From the NCBI GenBank assembly GCA_964270895.1, contig OZ185440.1: DNA of 64,000 bases. One strand, written 5' to 3'. The position numbers and the translations under genes were made by a program. Under the pieces are notes generated by a model. The model saw nothing but the letters and a program-made list of their open reading frames with translations, did no database searches and had not been told where the DNA came from. This stretch comes from Podarcis filfolensis. Taxonomy: Eukaryota. The stretch's first letter is position 1; each line of letters begins with the position of its first letter. Below are positions 1 to 12,841 of the stretch, piece after piece.

Positions 1-3000
1 TTTTTGTTTGCATGCAGGACTAAAGGATGTAATAATTGAGAAAATAATTTGGAGTGAATAGTTCATTCAATTTACACTGCATATTTTCTTATTATATTAA
101 CATTTTGATTGCTCTTTTATTTATTAAGAGTACAATCAATAATAGCAAAAAATCTGGTGGATCTCTAATTCAGATTCTCTTTATAGAAAGGAGGGTTTCT
201 TTAAGAAGAAAGGGGGGAAATCTATAAAACAAAGAGCAAATAAAATAACCACTTCAGGCGCTTTCTCTTTTTCTTTTCTAATAACCAAGCCGGGAACTAT
301 GTGCAGTCAGTTGTGAAGTTTTTGCCCAAAGAAGCCTAAGAGCTTTTCTTTTCTCATGGCAGAGGGGATGCTTTTGAATCTGATAATGTTTGTGTGTGTC
401 TCGCTGTGGGGCTGAAATGGGGAAGGGAGGGGGTGATGGCTGAAATGTTTCTGTTGCATGTGGGGGGAGATTGAAGTTGAAGGAAGAAAATATACTGTTG
501 TGTTTTGCTTTTTAAAGTGACATACAGTGCAATTCACCCAGAAATAAATCTCACTAAGTTCAATGGGACTTACTTCCAAGTAACCATGGTTAGGACTGCT
601 GTGATAAAGAGTGTGCCTGTGTGAGAACTGGAGAGAGACAGAATTCTGAACCCCCACCTTAAAACTAGAGGGGGAAGAGATGGATCTCACAGAAAAGATG
701 AGCATATATGTGTTCCCCTTCCCTTAGAATGTAAATTTTATAGCTTGGCACCATTTAGTAAAGAGCTTTCCACCTCCGCTTCGCACTTCCAATCAGTGAT
801 TTTCCCTGAAAGTTGAAGCGGAGAGAGAAGTCATTTGTTCACCAAAGTCCTTCTTTACTGGTAGCAGGTGTTTGTTTCTAGAAAAGGCATTCACTCTAAA
901 AAAAGGTTAGGGGATAACATCATATAAAGCTACTCATCTGTGCCCTGTGCTTCAGGAAGACAACATATTGTTACACAGGTTCTTGGCACTGAGATCCTGC
1001 AAGAAATTCGTTATCAGCCGTTATAATCAAACTCTGCTTGTGTATGGTTTGGCCTTCAGGGTAGAAAAAGGCTCTCTTATTGCTTCCTTATGGAGGAACT
1101 TGCTTTTGCCTGCAAAAATATATTGTTTTATCCCAGTTGTCTTAAGAGAGGGCAATAAAAGATCTTTAACATGATTTAAAGACAACAACTTCAAAACAAG
1201 TCCCACTGATGCCCGTTTTGATTTAATTATTTTCAATTTGGCATTGTTGTGCTGTTGCATAGAACAGGATGCCACCTTTCAAACTTGGCTAATTCACTTG
1301 CCTCCAGGGCTGAGTGATTTCCTCCTTACACTGGGAGTAATTGCCACATGGCAGGTTAAAACACACCTTCAGAATTGTTGTTGATAGGAAAAGAGTGATG
1401 ACTTAAATTATATGAGGGAAATCTGTACCTGGGAGGTGTGTGGTAGGAGATATGATTAACAAAATAATACATTTTCAAATTTTGAATGCAGTTTTACTAT
1501 TATATAAACTTTGAAATTGGCATCCGTGCCACAAACTTAGATTTCATTCACTTCCATTTGTTGATTTGTTCTGTTAATTTTTCTGCCTCTGTATCAAATA
1601 GACACATTAATACATTTCTCTATTAATTCATTGTGCTGCTTTGTCTCAGAAGCTCCTTCACTGGACATAAACATTTTTTTCTTGGTAGTCGAGAGGGAGG
1701 CTTTTGAAATGTTTATTTTGTTTTTAAGTTAAAAATACTATTTTCACATTTGACTTTGTTCTTCTACCCACACTGGAGTTTCAGTCCTAGTGTGTGCAGT
1801 TTGCACATGGAATTTAAAACAGTTTTTGTTTTCTTTGAAAAATCTGCTTGTCTTACGTGAAAAGGGTTTTGAAGCAATACAGGGGGGAATGCAGTAGATA
1901 GAACATTTCCAGAATTCAGTTTCAATTTGTCTTATAACAGTGTATATATGTGTGCACACGTTTGAACTGATGGTTCAGTTGATTATTGAATTTCTATCCG
2001 TTAATATATTTTCCACAGAGATCCTGATTTTAGGAAAGGGTTAAAAAGCTGAACTAGGAAGGAGGATATATTAAAAAGTACAAGTGCACTTGCACATTTG
2101 TATACATAAGGTAATTTAAGCCAAGATCCATAGTGTGGGGATTCATTGGGAAAACCTGGAGTCTCGTTTTGTTTTATAAAAACCCTGCTGTGTCTGGTGA
2201 ACAGAGGTTGTCTGTATAGAGGACGGTTATTGAAAACTTTGCAATGTAAGTATCTCATCAGGTCAGTAGAGTTTCCTGGGCAAGGTGTTAGTTAGCATTG
2301 TGAATCTGACTCTTTCAAATTCACTATTGCACATCGTTCTCTACTGACTTGGTCTTTATGGCAATATCAGCATTTGTTATCTGCTAGCCTGCACATGTTA
2401 CCCAACCTCCATGTCCTTGCAAAGAGACAGAATCTGATCAATTCACTGCCCGCTTACCTGAAACACTTCCATCCGTTTCAGGACTTTCAACAACAAATGG
2501 ATCAGTAGACGAGGATTTCTGCCACCCATTAAGGGTTGTTGTGTATCCTGGCATTCTGGATGGAGTATTACGTTAACTGCATGCGAACTTCATAAAAGCA
2601 CACTATAAAAATTCTAAGTATCGATAAAAAAACCACAAGCATTGAAAATACTTGGGTGGGAGAGAGAAGCCACTGTGCCCCATTTTGATATGCTGCTTCT
2701 CATTCTGCCCCACTGGCAAAACTTTACCACGTGGTGCCTTTGAACAGGCATTAGCATATAGGCAGCAGCTAAACCAGAGTTGGAAACAAACCTATGGAAG
2801 TCACAGGCATGCAAATGTTTTAATTAGCCGGCAGGGGTTGGCAGAGGAGGGACAGAGAGCTCTGCTCCTCTCCCAGCAGCCTGCTGCATATCTATACTGG
2901 GTGAAGAGGAGGCAGCTTCTGTCCTGCAGCAACTTACTTGCTGGAGTGCCCCATCCATCGTCTGTCAGTCCATTAGCTCACTTGCATGCAATTCCTTATT

Positions 3001-3064
3001 GTTTATGGCTACCAGGCAAGTGTGTTAATACAGGGGTAAACTAAACAGTCATACTTCGAAGTGG

Positions 3065-3150
3065 GGAGAGGCTTTCCCGCAAGGTTTGGCAAGCCGCTTT
3101 GAGGTTTTATTACAATCAAGCGGTATATAAATCTTGTTAAATAAATAAAA
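3065..3150 (+). mobile_element. L2-like 3' tail
   Basis: aagccgctttgag...aagcggtatataaat...aaataaataaa stem-plus-tail pattern. Similar degraded tails near 22440-22560, 31480-31650, 47735-47830 (-) and 56380-56435. Confidence 0.55.
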
Positions 3151-4225
3151 GCGATTCTCTGTGAGAAGCTTGACTTTGCTTCACTAGTTCATGAAATAAT
3201 GAATAAGGAAAATCCTTACAAATTCATAAGGGAAGAGAAGTTTGTATCTTTCTTGAAGAATGGGAGCATTCGCCCATTTGTATATAGCAGTTGTATGCCA
3301 ATGAACCTGGATATTTTAACATGAACACTATCCTGGCACTACTTCTCCTCAATCTATTTAGCTTCCTGAATTTATCCTGGTATGGTTTAGAAGAGAGCCC
3401 TACTTGCCTGTATAAGTACAAGAAGGGTGGGATAGCACAATCAGGTAAAGCATAAAGCATCCTGCATGAAGACAGTGGGAAATGACCAGTGTGTCTTTGC
3501 AGTGTTAGGCAACGGAGCATGTGTATAGTGTGTTCCTTGAGGGCAGCATAGGAGCTAACATGCTTCTGGATTTATCTGGCACTGTTTGATCCTGTCAAAA
3601 GGAAACTGTGTAATGACTCACACATGCGGGAGTGAACAAAGCAGTTTTGGGGAATATATCCCATCCCCGAAGAGGCAGTTTGTTCAGTTCAAAACCAGTC
3701 ATTCCTCTTAAAAAAAATATAGGAGTGGCCGGCGGCTTAAAACTGTTCTCCCATATCTATGGCCTCATACAAACAAATAAAACATGGGAAGCGGCAAAGA
3801 AGAGTGTAGATGAATTAGTTGATATTTTCAGGCAATTTTTCTAGGGTTTTCCTATGGTCTATTTCCTATATACACTTCTAGTTCGCATATATTTTAAGCT
3901 TTACAAATGACAACCCAGGTATATTCAAATAAAACATAGTGATTGTTTTCTCTTAGGCAAAAGGCCGATATAAGTAGATGGTGTTGACCTGTGTTTCAAG
4001 ACCTAGACTGTCTAGTTCACTTTTTGGTTGTGCTGTGATCATCCTGTGTTGCTTTGGGTGGGTCATTGCTTCAGTAACATCTAATTTCAATGACAGTTAC
4101 CCCCGTTTTGGAATAGAATTACAGTGAAGTAGTTGGGTGTACTTCTTGGTGTTGGGCACCTTAGAAAAGCCTCTGTAAATAAGGTACTTGACCACATGAA
4201 CAGGGTGAAAAAAAGCTTGCTTGTG

Positions 4226-4256
<31 letters not shown>

Positions 4257-4280
4257 GGTGTGGGTGTGGGTGTGGGTGTG
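4226..4280 (+). repeat. Compound (GT)n-(GGGT)n-(GGGTGT)n microsatellite
   Basis: Read directly from sequence. Confidence 0.95.
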
Positions 4281-5743
4281 AAGGATTGGAGGAGATGCAG
4301 AAAGCCTGTTTTTCTGCCATCAGCAAAGACTCAAAAAGAAGTATATAATGGGAGAGGCAGTAGATCCTGTCAAATAGCAGGACTTCATCCATTGTAGTGA
4401 GGTAGGGAACAGCTGGATTTTTAGATGAAGGGCAATACTATGCCAGTAGAATGGAGCAAAGTGATATTTGAGCATCGTCAAACACTTCGTAACTTAATTT
4501 TCCTGGTGTACCCTATAGGATAATTCTTTGCATTCTTGTTATTCAACATTCATTAACTCCAAAATATTTATAAATGATTTATGTTTGTAACCTAGTAGGG
4601 AGTTTTTAAACTTGAACCCAGTGTGTTTTGTATAGAAAAGCACTCCATAGCATGACCTGAATTTGACCCAGCTCTGCCCATTTTTCTGCCCTGAAGATAT
4701 TCTTGGGACTCTCAGAAATGGCTTCCCAGATGGACGAAGGTCTGGGTCACAGAGCTCTTCCGATTTACGTGTGAAAGGATGCTGCCGCCTTTTGGTTTAG
4801 GTCCTGATTTGCCAGATGTGGGATTAAAGGTGGAAATGCTGAATATCAGATAATTGACATAACTGGACTGTTTGTGGCAAGTTGTTTTGCTGCAATCTGA
4901 TTAGTTACAGCCAGCCCTTAACGTCACAATAAACAGCCAGTTGGAATTGATGACTATCTCCTCCTAGCTCAGGCTGAAGCAGCATTATCTTTGCCTAGAC
5001 AAGGGAGTGGAAACAGTACTGTTAACATCTCTCTGCCTTCCTATTTTTTGGTGGGGGGGTACTCATGTATGGTGTAACTAGGTTCTTATGGCTGACTTAA
5101 ATGCCCATCAAACATTTTTTGTGTGCCCAGCTAGATGACTGAGAAGCATTTCAAGAAGGCAAGAAAAAGTTCTTAGAGGGGTGCCAAGGATACAATACAA
5201 AGCTACATCTTCATCTTCCAGTGAGCCTAACAGTCTAGAACAACTTGGTTCTTGTAGGTCACTTTCAGTATTATTGACCTTTTCCAATTCCAGAGAGTAT
5301 GCTGATACCAAGCAGTTTATGCAGAGAGTTGGCATCCCTCTCCTCTGATTCATCTTGGTTCAACTATTGGACATACACAATGTTTTAGGCAAGCTCCAGC
5401 TTCTATTTTAGAAGATGTTGTGCCTTTGTTTCTTGCAGCTGCCCGGCATTTGTTTTGACAAGGTACCTTCTCCAAACAGAGACTATGGCTACGGACTCTG
5501 GCAAGTTGCATTTGTTCATTAATGAACGGTGCCCTGGTTTTCTTCTATTTCTTTGCCTTCGTGTATTACTAGGGTGGATGCATTAATCTGAAGTGGATGG
5601 CAGTTTATAATGCCAAGATACTTTCTTAGCAAGCAAAATTTAGCAGTTTTTTTCCCTCGCACTTAAAGAAAAATTGCAGACTGTTTTTTTTCCAATAAGT
5701 AGAAGGGAGAGGCTGGCATAGCACAGTGGAGAACTGAAGAAGA

Positions 5744-5777
5744 GGAGGAGGAGTAGGAGGAGGAGGAAGAAGAAGAG
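5744..5777 (+). repeat. Imperfect (GGA)n/(GAA)n purine repeat
   Basis: Read directly from sequence. Confidence 0.85.
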
Positions 5778-6930
5778 TCATCTCTTATACCCTCCCCCCT
5801 TTCTAGTAGAAACCATTTTCTACAAAATATATCAAAAACATTCCCTTTTTTGAGATTTTATGTGTGTTTTAACTAGACCAAACTATGCAGTTGGGTGATG
5901 AAAGTATGTTAATATTACTTTTGCAGTAGACTCTTGAGGTGGAATTTGCAGGTGTGAAGGAAAGCAATTGTTCTGATTTAAAGATTTAAGTTGCAGGACT
6001 TCAGTCAACTTCACCCCTGACCTTTTCTTGTCCTATTTTTGCCTCTGTTGTAAACATAACATTCATGTTGTTCATGGAAGGAGGCATCGTTTTAATTTTG
6101 AGTGCCAAAAATCTTTGCACTGAGGTCGCTTTCTCTCCTACGCCCAATTCATTCAGTCAGATAAAGTGGCATTTCAATAATACAACATAACAATCATGCT
6201 GAGCATTTTCTTTTTGTTCATCTAACTTAAAATTTACCCTTATGCCTGGCCAATATTTGGTTTCAAGTATCCCATACTTCATGTCATGTAATTCTGAGAG
6301 TTACGTTTGGCATAGTGAAAGGACAGAAACGATCATTTCTCTCCATAGGCAATTAGAAATTAAAACTTAATATTCTGGTTTTTTTGAGATTTAATATTTT
6401 CATAACAAAGTTGTTGCACTATCTATATTTGGATGAAATGTTCTAAATTTGTGATCAGGTTGTGTATTATTAATTTCTGTAGTGCTTTTAAAATTTCTGT
6501 ATTCTTGATCTTTATAACATACTCTTTGGCAGTTTGCTGTTATCCCCATTTTAGAGATGGGGAATTTATAATGGTGTACCATTGGTTAACTTTGTCCAGC
6601 ATTTTTTCTGTTGAAACAAACGCTACACAGAATTATTGCTATTTGCAGCCTTTTGTTAAAAAGAAAATAGAAACTATTTTTTGGCTCCATCACCACATTC
6701 AGAGAAATGATCTACAAATGAGAGTCCTGCTTGTTTCAATTTGTATGCTTTCAGACTGCACCTACTGTTTTTATTTTCCCATAGTATTTCAGTGTGAAGT
6801 CTTAAAAGTAACCATAGTGCAGAAATTAGTATCTCGCCTACCACAGGATACTCAAATAGGATTTACCGGGCTATGCTGTAAGGTTGAGCTTTTATTTTTT
6901 TTATTGGCAAAAAAACGACACTGCCGACAC

Positions 6931-7042
6931 AGGTTGCCATATGTAAAGATTTTCCCAGACATTTCAGCAATTTCTGCCCAGACACTGTTTCTGACAGCTG
7001 ATTGCCGGCTATGTCCGGGAAATTCCGGATGTATGGCAACTG
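6931..7042. mobile_element. Small MITE-like element with GTTGCCATA/TATGGCAAC termini
   Basis: Inverted ends aggttgccatatgt (6931) and gtatggcaactg (7031-7042); no TSD recognised. Confidence 0.45.
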
Positions 7043-7605
7043 TACTATATGAATATTTTCAGAGGAGTAAGAGAGGAGGCTGGTTTTATGTGCAAAGTAT
7101 GTATCTGGTGTGTTCTTTAGTAGAAATGCCCTATAGTGTGTCTTCTACCATGTAGCTTGCTCAGGGTAGAACAACTTACTTGATCACTGAAAAGGGCAAC
7201 TACCAGTAAAAGAAATAACACCATTCTTGTGGAATCCATGATTGGCATGTATTGGTGGTAATGCAGCCATCTAGTGTTGGTTTGGAATCCAGAGCAGAAC
7301 TGGGCCAAGCGTGGTAAATAAGGCACTTGGTGAGGGAAGTTCTAGGTCAACTCTCCCGCTGCTTTAGTTTCCCTACAATAATGCAATCTCTTGTCTGTTG
7401 TGAAAGGACTTTCTCAAGGGAAGGCAGAAGGGGTTGGTTGCTATTAGACTATCGATTCTAAGGGAACAATAGGGCCAGAATGAAATATAACTAATGAAAA
7501 GCATTTTTGAACATGCATGTGTTACACTAGGATGGGAACTTCAGATAAAAACTCCCTGTTATGCACATTGAATTCTGAGTTGTGCAAATGTCCAGAGTTA
7601 AAGAG

Positions 7606-7618
7606 TCTCTCTCTCTCC

Positions 7619-7669
<51 letters not shown>

Positions 7670-7700
7670 CCCCCCCTCTCTCTCTCTCTCTGTGTGTGTG
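7606..7700 (+). repeat. (CT)n with C-run, followed by (TG)5
   Basis: Read directly from sequence; explains the spurious SLSL/ERER ORFs at 7517-7936. Confidence 0.95.
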
Positions 7701-9403
7701 TTCTTGACTTTCTATCGCCATCTGGAATAAAGGGAGACATACTCAATGTTTTGATAACTGATGTATTTCCTTGTACTATGAAACCAGTACAAGCGCATCT
7801 GACCTTTTTGCAAAGAGGGCAAAAAGAAAAACCCGGTCATGACTGTTCTTACTATTTGACTATCATTTTTCTTAATAATGTAATATTTATTGAAATAAAA
7901 GGTTTCCATGCTCTGGTGTCAGCAGAAAATGTTTAGAGTTTCTACAGTGTTTTCACAGTCTAGAGTAAAAGTCCAATGTGAATTTTTAAGTTTTGCTGCC
8001 TCAAACCTTGATATAGTAGTCTTGCCCTGACTTGGAATAACCAGGTGCTCCTTCCCTCCCCCGGCCCATGCTGCCAGATGGAGAAAGTTCTGTTCCAAAG
8101 TTTGACACATTATTGCATAAAATCAAATGTCTGCTTTTGCTTGCTGATGCGCTGTAGGGCTGTGTATTTTCTTTAAAGGTACTGTACATATTCATGTGCT
8201 TTGAAAATATATTGTTTGAAGTACAGTGCACTAAAATAAACTGAAGAAAGGAATTGTTTGAATAATGTCTGTCGGATTCTGTAGTTCTTGGTTACGGCAT
8301 ATAAATGGTTGGAGGTATAGGCTTTGCCCCAGAAACTGGTGATGGGTTCCTTGTGGTGCTAGTTCTTTTTTGGAGTGGCATGTTAACACATTATTTATGA
8401 CATATCATAAAGTAAGTATAGCACTGTCTAGGTCTGTTAAAGGTGGCATGGCAACATGATGTCTCTGTGCTTGTGACATTTTACCTAGCCTGTGTGTGTG
8501 TGTAAGGGAATCTCATAGTTCCTGAGAAATAGCAATATTTTTAGACCCTATATTCACAATCACTGGAATTGTGTGGTAAGTCCTTTCCTGGGCTGTACCA
8601 CTTCAGATTGCAGGTGGTAAATTTTCTCCATGGAATCAGGAAAAACACCCTTTAGAGCAGATTAAAACTCTTTACCCTGGTGTACCGAGCCCTCCCCCTG
8701 TGGGAAGCATTCAGATGCCACCCCATTTGCACCCTGAAATGGTACACTCTAAGAAAGCCTCAACTATGTAACTTCATTTATTATGTAAAATGGGCCTAAA
8801 CTTTTGTACAGTACTCTCCCCTGACCCAAGTTCAAGGTTGAGTGTGACAGTTTCTAATGAGGTTCAGTTTGCATTATACTACATATGGACCTGATAAAGT
8901 GGTAACCCAGGAGTAAGAATCGGTGAAATGAGAGAGAAGCTTTTTTAAAACCCATCTCTTCCTTGAAAGGGTTTTGTCATCCTAGTAATTTTAGTTAATC
9001 TGAAGTAGGAAAATCCTTCTCCTTCCAGTGTTCTTAAATCTTTATATGCCTCCACTCAGTGATGTATCCAATTTGAGGCTATTTAGTGCTGGAGCACTTG
9101 TTCTGTCATCTAGGGATGAATGAATTTTAAGAGTTTCCTTGGATTTTAAGGTCTGGGATGAGACTAGAATGGCACTCAGGGTGATTTCTGATCCTTGGTC
9201 TCCAGGTTGCCTTTGCTGAACTTCTTCCTCCTTGGACACTCTGTAGACCATCTTAGAATAAAATACTGTGAAGGTTGTATAGAAATACCCCAAATAAAAT
9301 AAAAAATTCCTTTCAGCAATCTTTCATTAGCATAGTTCACTTTTTGGTCTATCAATCATTTTGTTCTTGTGTGTATGGAGTTCGTAGCACAGTACTGTAA
9401 GTA

Positions 9404-9645
9404 CAGTGGTACCTCAGGTTACATACGCTTCAGGTTACATACGCTTCAGGTTACAGACTGCGCTAACCCAGAAATAGTGCTTCAGGTTAAGAACTTTGCT
9501 TCAGGATAAGAACAGAAATTGTGCTCCAGCAGCGCGGTGGCAGCGGGAGGCCCCATTAGCTAAAGTGGTGCTTCAGGTTAAGAACAGTTTCAGGTTAAGA
9601 ATGGACCTCCGGAACGAATTAAGTACTTAACTAGAGGTACCACTG
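9404..9645 (+). mobile_element. Tc1/mariner (Tigger-like) MITE, 242 bp
   Basis: TIR CAGTGGTACCTC...GAGGTACCACTG, flanked by TA on both sides (9402-9403, 9646-9647). Internal (c/t)tcaggtta sub-repeats. Confidence 0.92.
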
Positions 9646-12289
9646 TACTATGATTAGTTGCTTCCTTCTTGATGAAATCAAAGACAGTCATGTTGACCCA
9701 GTTTAGGCTGATCTCTAGCTAATAAGCCATGGTACATTGGACTGAGAATGAACATTAGGCTTGTATATGCCCTTCCTCCCTTTCCCTTCTCTTATGCACT
9801 CTGATGAAAAACTACCAGGGTTTGTTTAAATCAGTTTCCTATTACATTAGAACCAGGAAACCTGAAACCAGGTTTAATCTCTGATTACAAACTAGGATAT
9901 GATTTTCCTAGTTTTCCACTGAAAACTGAGATTTAATAAAGTCTTGCATTATAGTACACAAGAATAGGGAACAGGGAGGCGTGCAGGTATAGCACTTTTC
10001 TCTTGGTGCAAAAATCATTTATGTCTGAAATAAGCCACTGTCCCCCTTCCCCCACCTGTTAGAACTGAAAGTTCCCTTTTTGGCCCAGTAATAGCATTAA
10101 GGCACTATTGTATTTCCTCTATTCTTAATTTTCGTGAACCACCCTGATAAACTTTTATATGGAGGTATAAACATCTCAAACATTGCAAGGAGTGTATTAT
10201 CTAGCACTACTCTAGAACTATTATTTTCCCTCCTAGGTGGCATTCATATTTAGCCAACTATGGGAATGGAATGCTGACATCTTGCATGTCCCACTTTTAA
10301 GATGTATGCATCAAAACTAAAAATAAAATAAAATATGTAACCCCATATTTCAAGCTGCAAAAATTTCAGCTTTTGATAATTTCTATGTTCCCGAACTTTG
10401 GCATGTTGGATATAGCTCAGGCATGTTCAGACCCTACTGTTTTGTCCCCATGTGAAACAGAACACATCAAGGTGTGCAAATGAAGGTGACTGTCTAAAGA
10501 GCTTCAGACTGCCTGCACTTTGTGAGGAAAGTTGCAGTAGTAACAAAGCCAAAATCACTCTGTTAATCATCTGGAAATAGCATTCCACCCTGACATAGCT
10601 GAAGGGGAAGGTGGGGGGTGGTGGAGGAGAGGTTCCAACATGACCCATAAACACAAGAGGACTACCATAATCTGATTTGTTAGTCTGGGATGAGCTGGAT
10701 TGTGAATCTCTTTCCAGTTCTCAATAGGAGCGATAACGCTGCCATTAAAGCCCTAAATGCAACTAGTATTTATTTTGCTGTCATATGGAGTTCTTGCTAT
10801 GGGTTAGTGATTGAATAGGTAGAGAGATTCACTTTCTGCTGTAGAAGAAAAGTTAAGACATGTCAGAGAAACAGCTGTTTCTTCCGATTCCGTGCTTGTC
10901 CTGTGATCATGCAAGCTACAATTTCTTCAGAGCTGTAAATCTAGTATTGTGCATTTTGTGAAATCGAGAGTGCAGGAGCTGGAAGGCACTGAGGACCTTG
11001 GGCTACACATAATAGCCAGCATAAGATGACCAAGAATTTTTAGGTCTAAAAGAACATGCATATTTGTCTTCTTTTCTCTCAGTCTCTTTCGCCTATTAGT
11101 CCATGTGGCGGTAAAGGAATATGGGAAAGTTTTAAATTGAAATTATTACAGCTATTTCTGGCGTCACACCGAAGTTGGCCAAGTCAACTGACTTTGTAGA
11201 GCTACCATTTATTTATTTATTTAGAGGGGGGAAATGTGCAGTTAGATTTGCTCATATCTAACATGTGCCTACATGTAATTCTCTTTGTGATGTGAGCTAT
11301 TCAGTTACTTGTTTAATAGCCTATTCTAAAACTAGTAAACTAGTTCTTAGCTGTTTCTTGTTGAAGGAAGTGGCTAATTTGGAGCCTTGTAAACTGTAAG
11401 GAAAAATTAACTGAAGCAGGCAGAGTTCCCAGATGTACAGCTTTGCACTGAGGGCGGCACCAGTTAAATGGTATAATCTTGCACTATAGGCATGTATGCA
11501 CTGGATACATTTTTGCCTGGAGGATTTAGGAATTTGTCTCCTGGCTGCTGGTACTACTTACTGATTCTGATTTATTAGTTCTTTATTGTTAAAAAAAAAT
11601 GATAAGCTGCACCATATCTGTAGGATATAGGAACAGTTTTAACAGAACAAACATTTTCATAGAGCAGTTTGGGACTGGGCCAAGGCCCATTTCCACTATC
11701 TTCTTGAGGATAGTAGTTGCTTTTTTTTTCATTGACAGCAAACTGCTGCTTCTGTTGAGTAAAGGGCTTAATTAGAGTAAGACACTGGATAGGCTTTCCG
11801 TATCTGAGTACTTGTTATGCTGCATCTTCTTGTTCTTTCTTTGACAGTACGTACAAAATGATGGTAGTATTTCAGCAGCTACCTTGGTGGTATGACTGAG
11901 GTATGCTTCACTCTCATAAAACAGGGCAGAACTTGAATCAGGGAAGTTGATTCACACAACTCCTAACAAGTTGCCGGTAATACCTTTTACTTCTTGGATT
12001 CTGTAGTGCATGCCTGCATGATTAAAAAAAATATATATTAAAGTCTTGTTTAAGACAGATTCTTGCCTTCCGAAGAAAGTGTGGTTGCACTGGGGGGGCG
12101 GTGTTTCAAATTTTACTGTATTTTTACTTATTTAGGGTATTTCTTTCTGGACGATGCCCATCCACAGTGGCTTGAAGTAGGAAATGTTTACAAAATATCA
12201 ACTGTAAAAGTTTGCAAAATATATACAGTGTTCAAAAACAAAAAAATAAATATGCTCAGCTGGCCAATTAAGCACTTTTACAGCACTAG

Positions 12290-12360
12290 AAAAATAGAAT
12301 TGTATAGTTGGAAGGGCCCCAGGGGTCATTCTAGTCCAACTCTGCTGCAATGCAGGAATC
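12290..12360 (-). mobile_element. 3' fragment of the CR1-tailed SINE
   Basis: Reverse complement reads attcctgcattgcagcagagttggactagaatgacccctggggcccttccaactatacaattct. Confidence 0.7.
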
Positions 12361-12397
12361 TCAACTAGGAACTCTCAGTTCAAGACTGGACTAGTCA

Positions 12398-12600
12398 GAA
12401 AAGAGATGTCTTTAAAGCCTTTTGAAAAACTTGAAGCCTGGAAGCCTGTCTCAGATGCACTGGCATAAAGTTCCAAACCCATGCGGCCATCATGGAGAAG
12501 GCCTTTTCCCTCATTTAAACCAGCAGTTTAAATTTAAACCAGCAGTTTAAATGAACACTTCTATATGAGAGCTTGTTCCTTGGCCTGCTTCTTCTTGCAT
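12398..12600 (-). mobile_element. L2 LINE ORF2 C-terminal remnant
   Basis: Reverse complement translates REKAFSMMAAWVWNFMPVHLRQASRLQVFQKALKTSLF, matching the L2 C-terminal motif. Confidence 0.75.
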
Positions 12601-12626
12601 CTGATGTTTGGGGTTATTTGACAATA

Positions 12627-12841
12627 CAGTCATACCTCATGTTACAGATGCTTCAGGTTGCGTTTTTTTTGGGTTACAGACCCACCGAAACCCGGAAGTA
12701 CTAGAACAGGTTACTTCCGGGTTTCGGCGGTTGCGCATGTGCAGAAGCGCCAAATCACAACCCACGCGTGCGCAGACTTGCCGCTGCAGGTTGCGAACGT
12801 GCATCCTGCACAGATCACATTCGCAACCTGAACGTCCACTG
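12627..12841. mobile_element. Tc1/mariner-type MITE, 215 bp, asymmetric ends
   Basis: TA|CAGTCATACCTC...GAACGTCCACTG|TA; CpG-rich interior with a 16-bp perfect inverted repeat. Confidence 0.8.

Noticed and set aside
6433-7155. 240-aa ORF
   Set aside because: No recognisable domain, starts with a non-ATG codon, overlaps MIR-like and MITE remnants; composition typical of AT-rich intron.
7517-7936. ORFs with SLSL/ERER runs (also CVCV/HTHT ORFs at 4087-4392 and 32002-32355)
   Set aside because: Translations of dinucleotide microsatellites.
9404-9645. Short internal direct repeats (cttcaggtta) resembling a CRISPR-like array
   Set aside because: Eukaryotic context, irregular spacing, enclosed by TIRs and TA TSDs: MITE sub-repeats.
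10225-10245. CTCF-like CCTAGGTGGCA
   Set aside because: The 5' half of the core consensus mismatches at two positions; not supportable without data.
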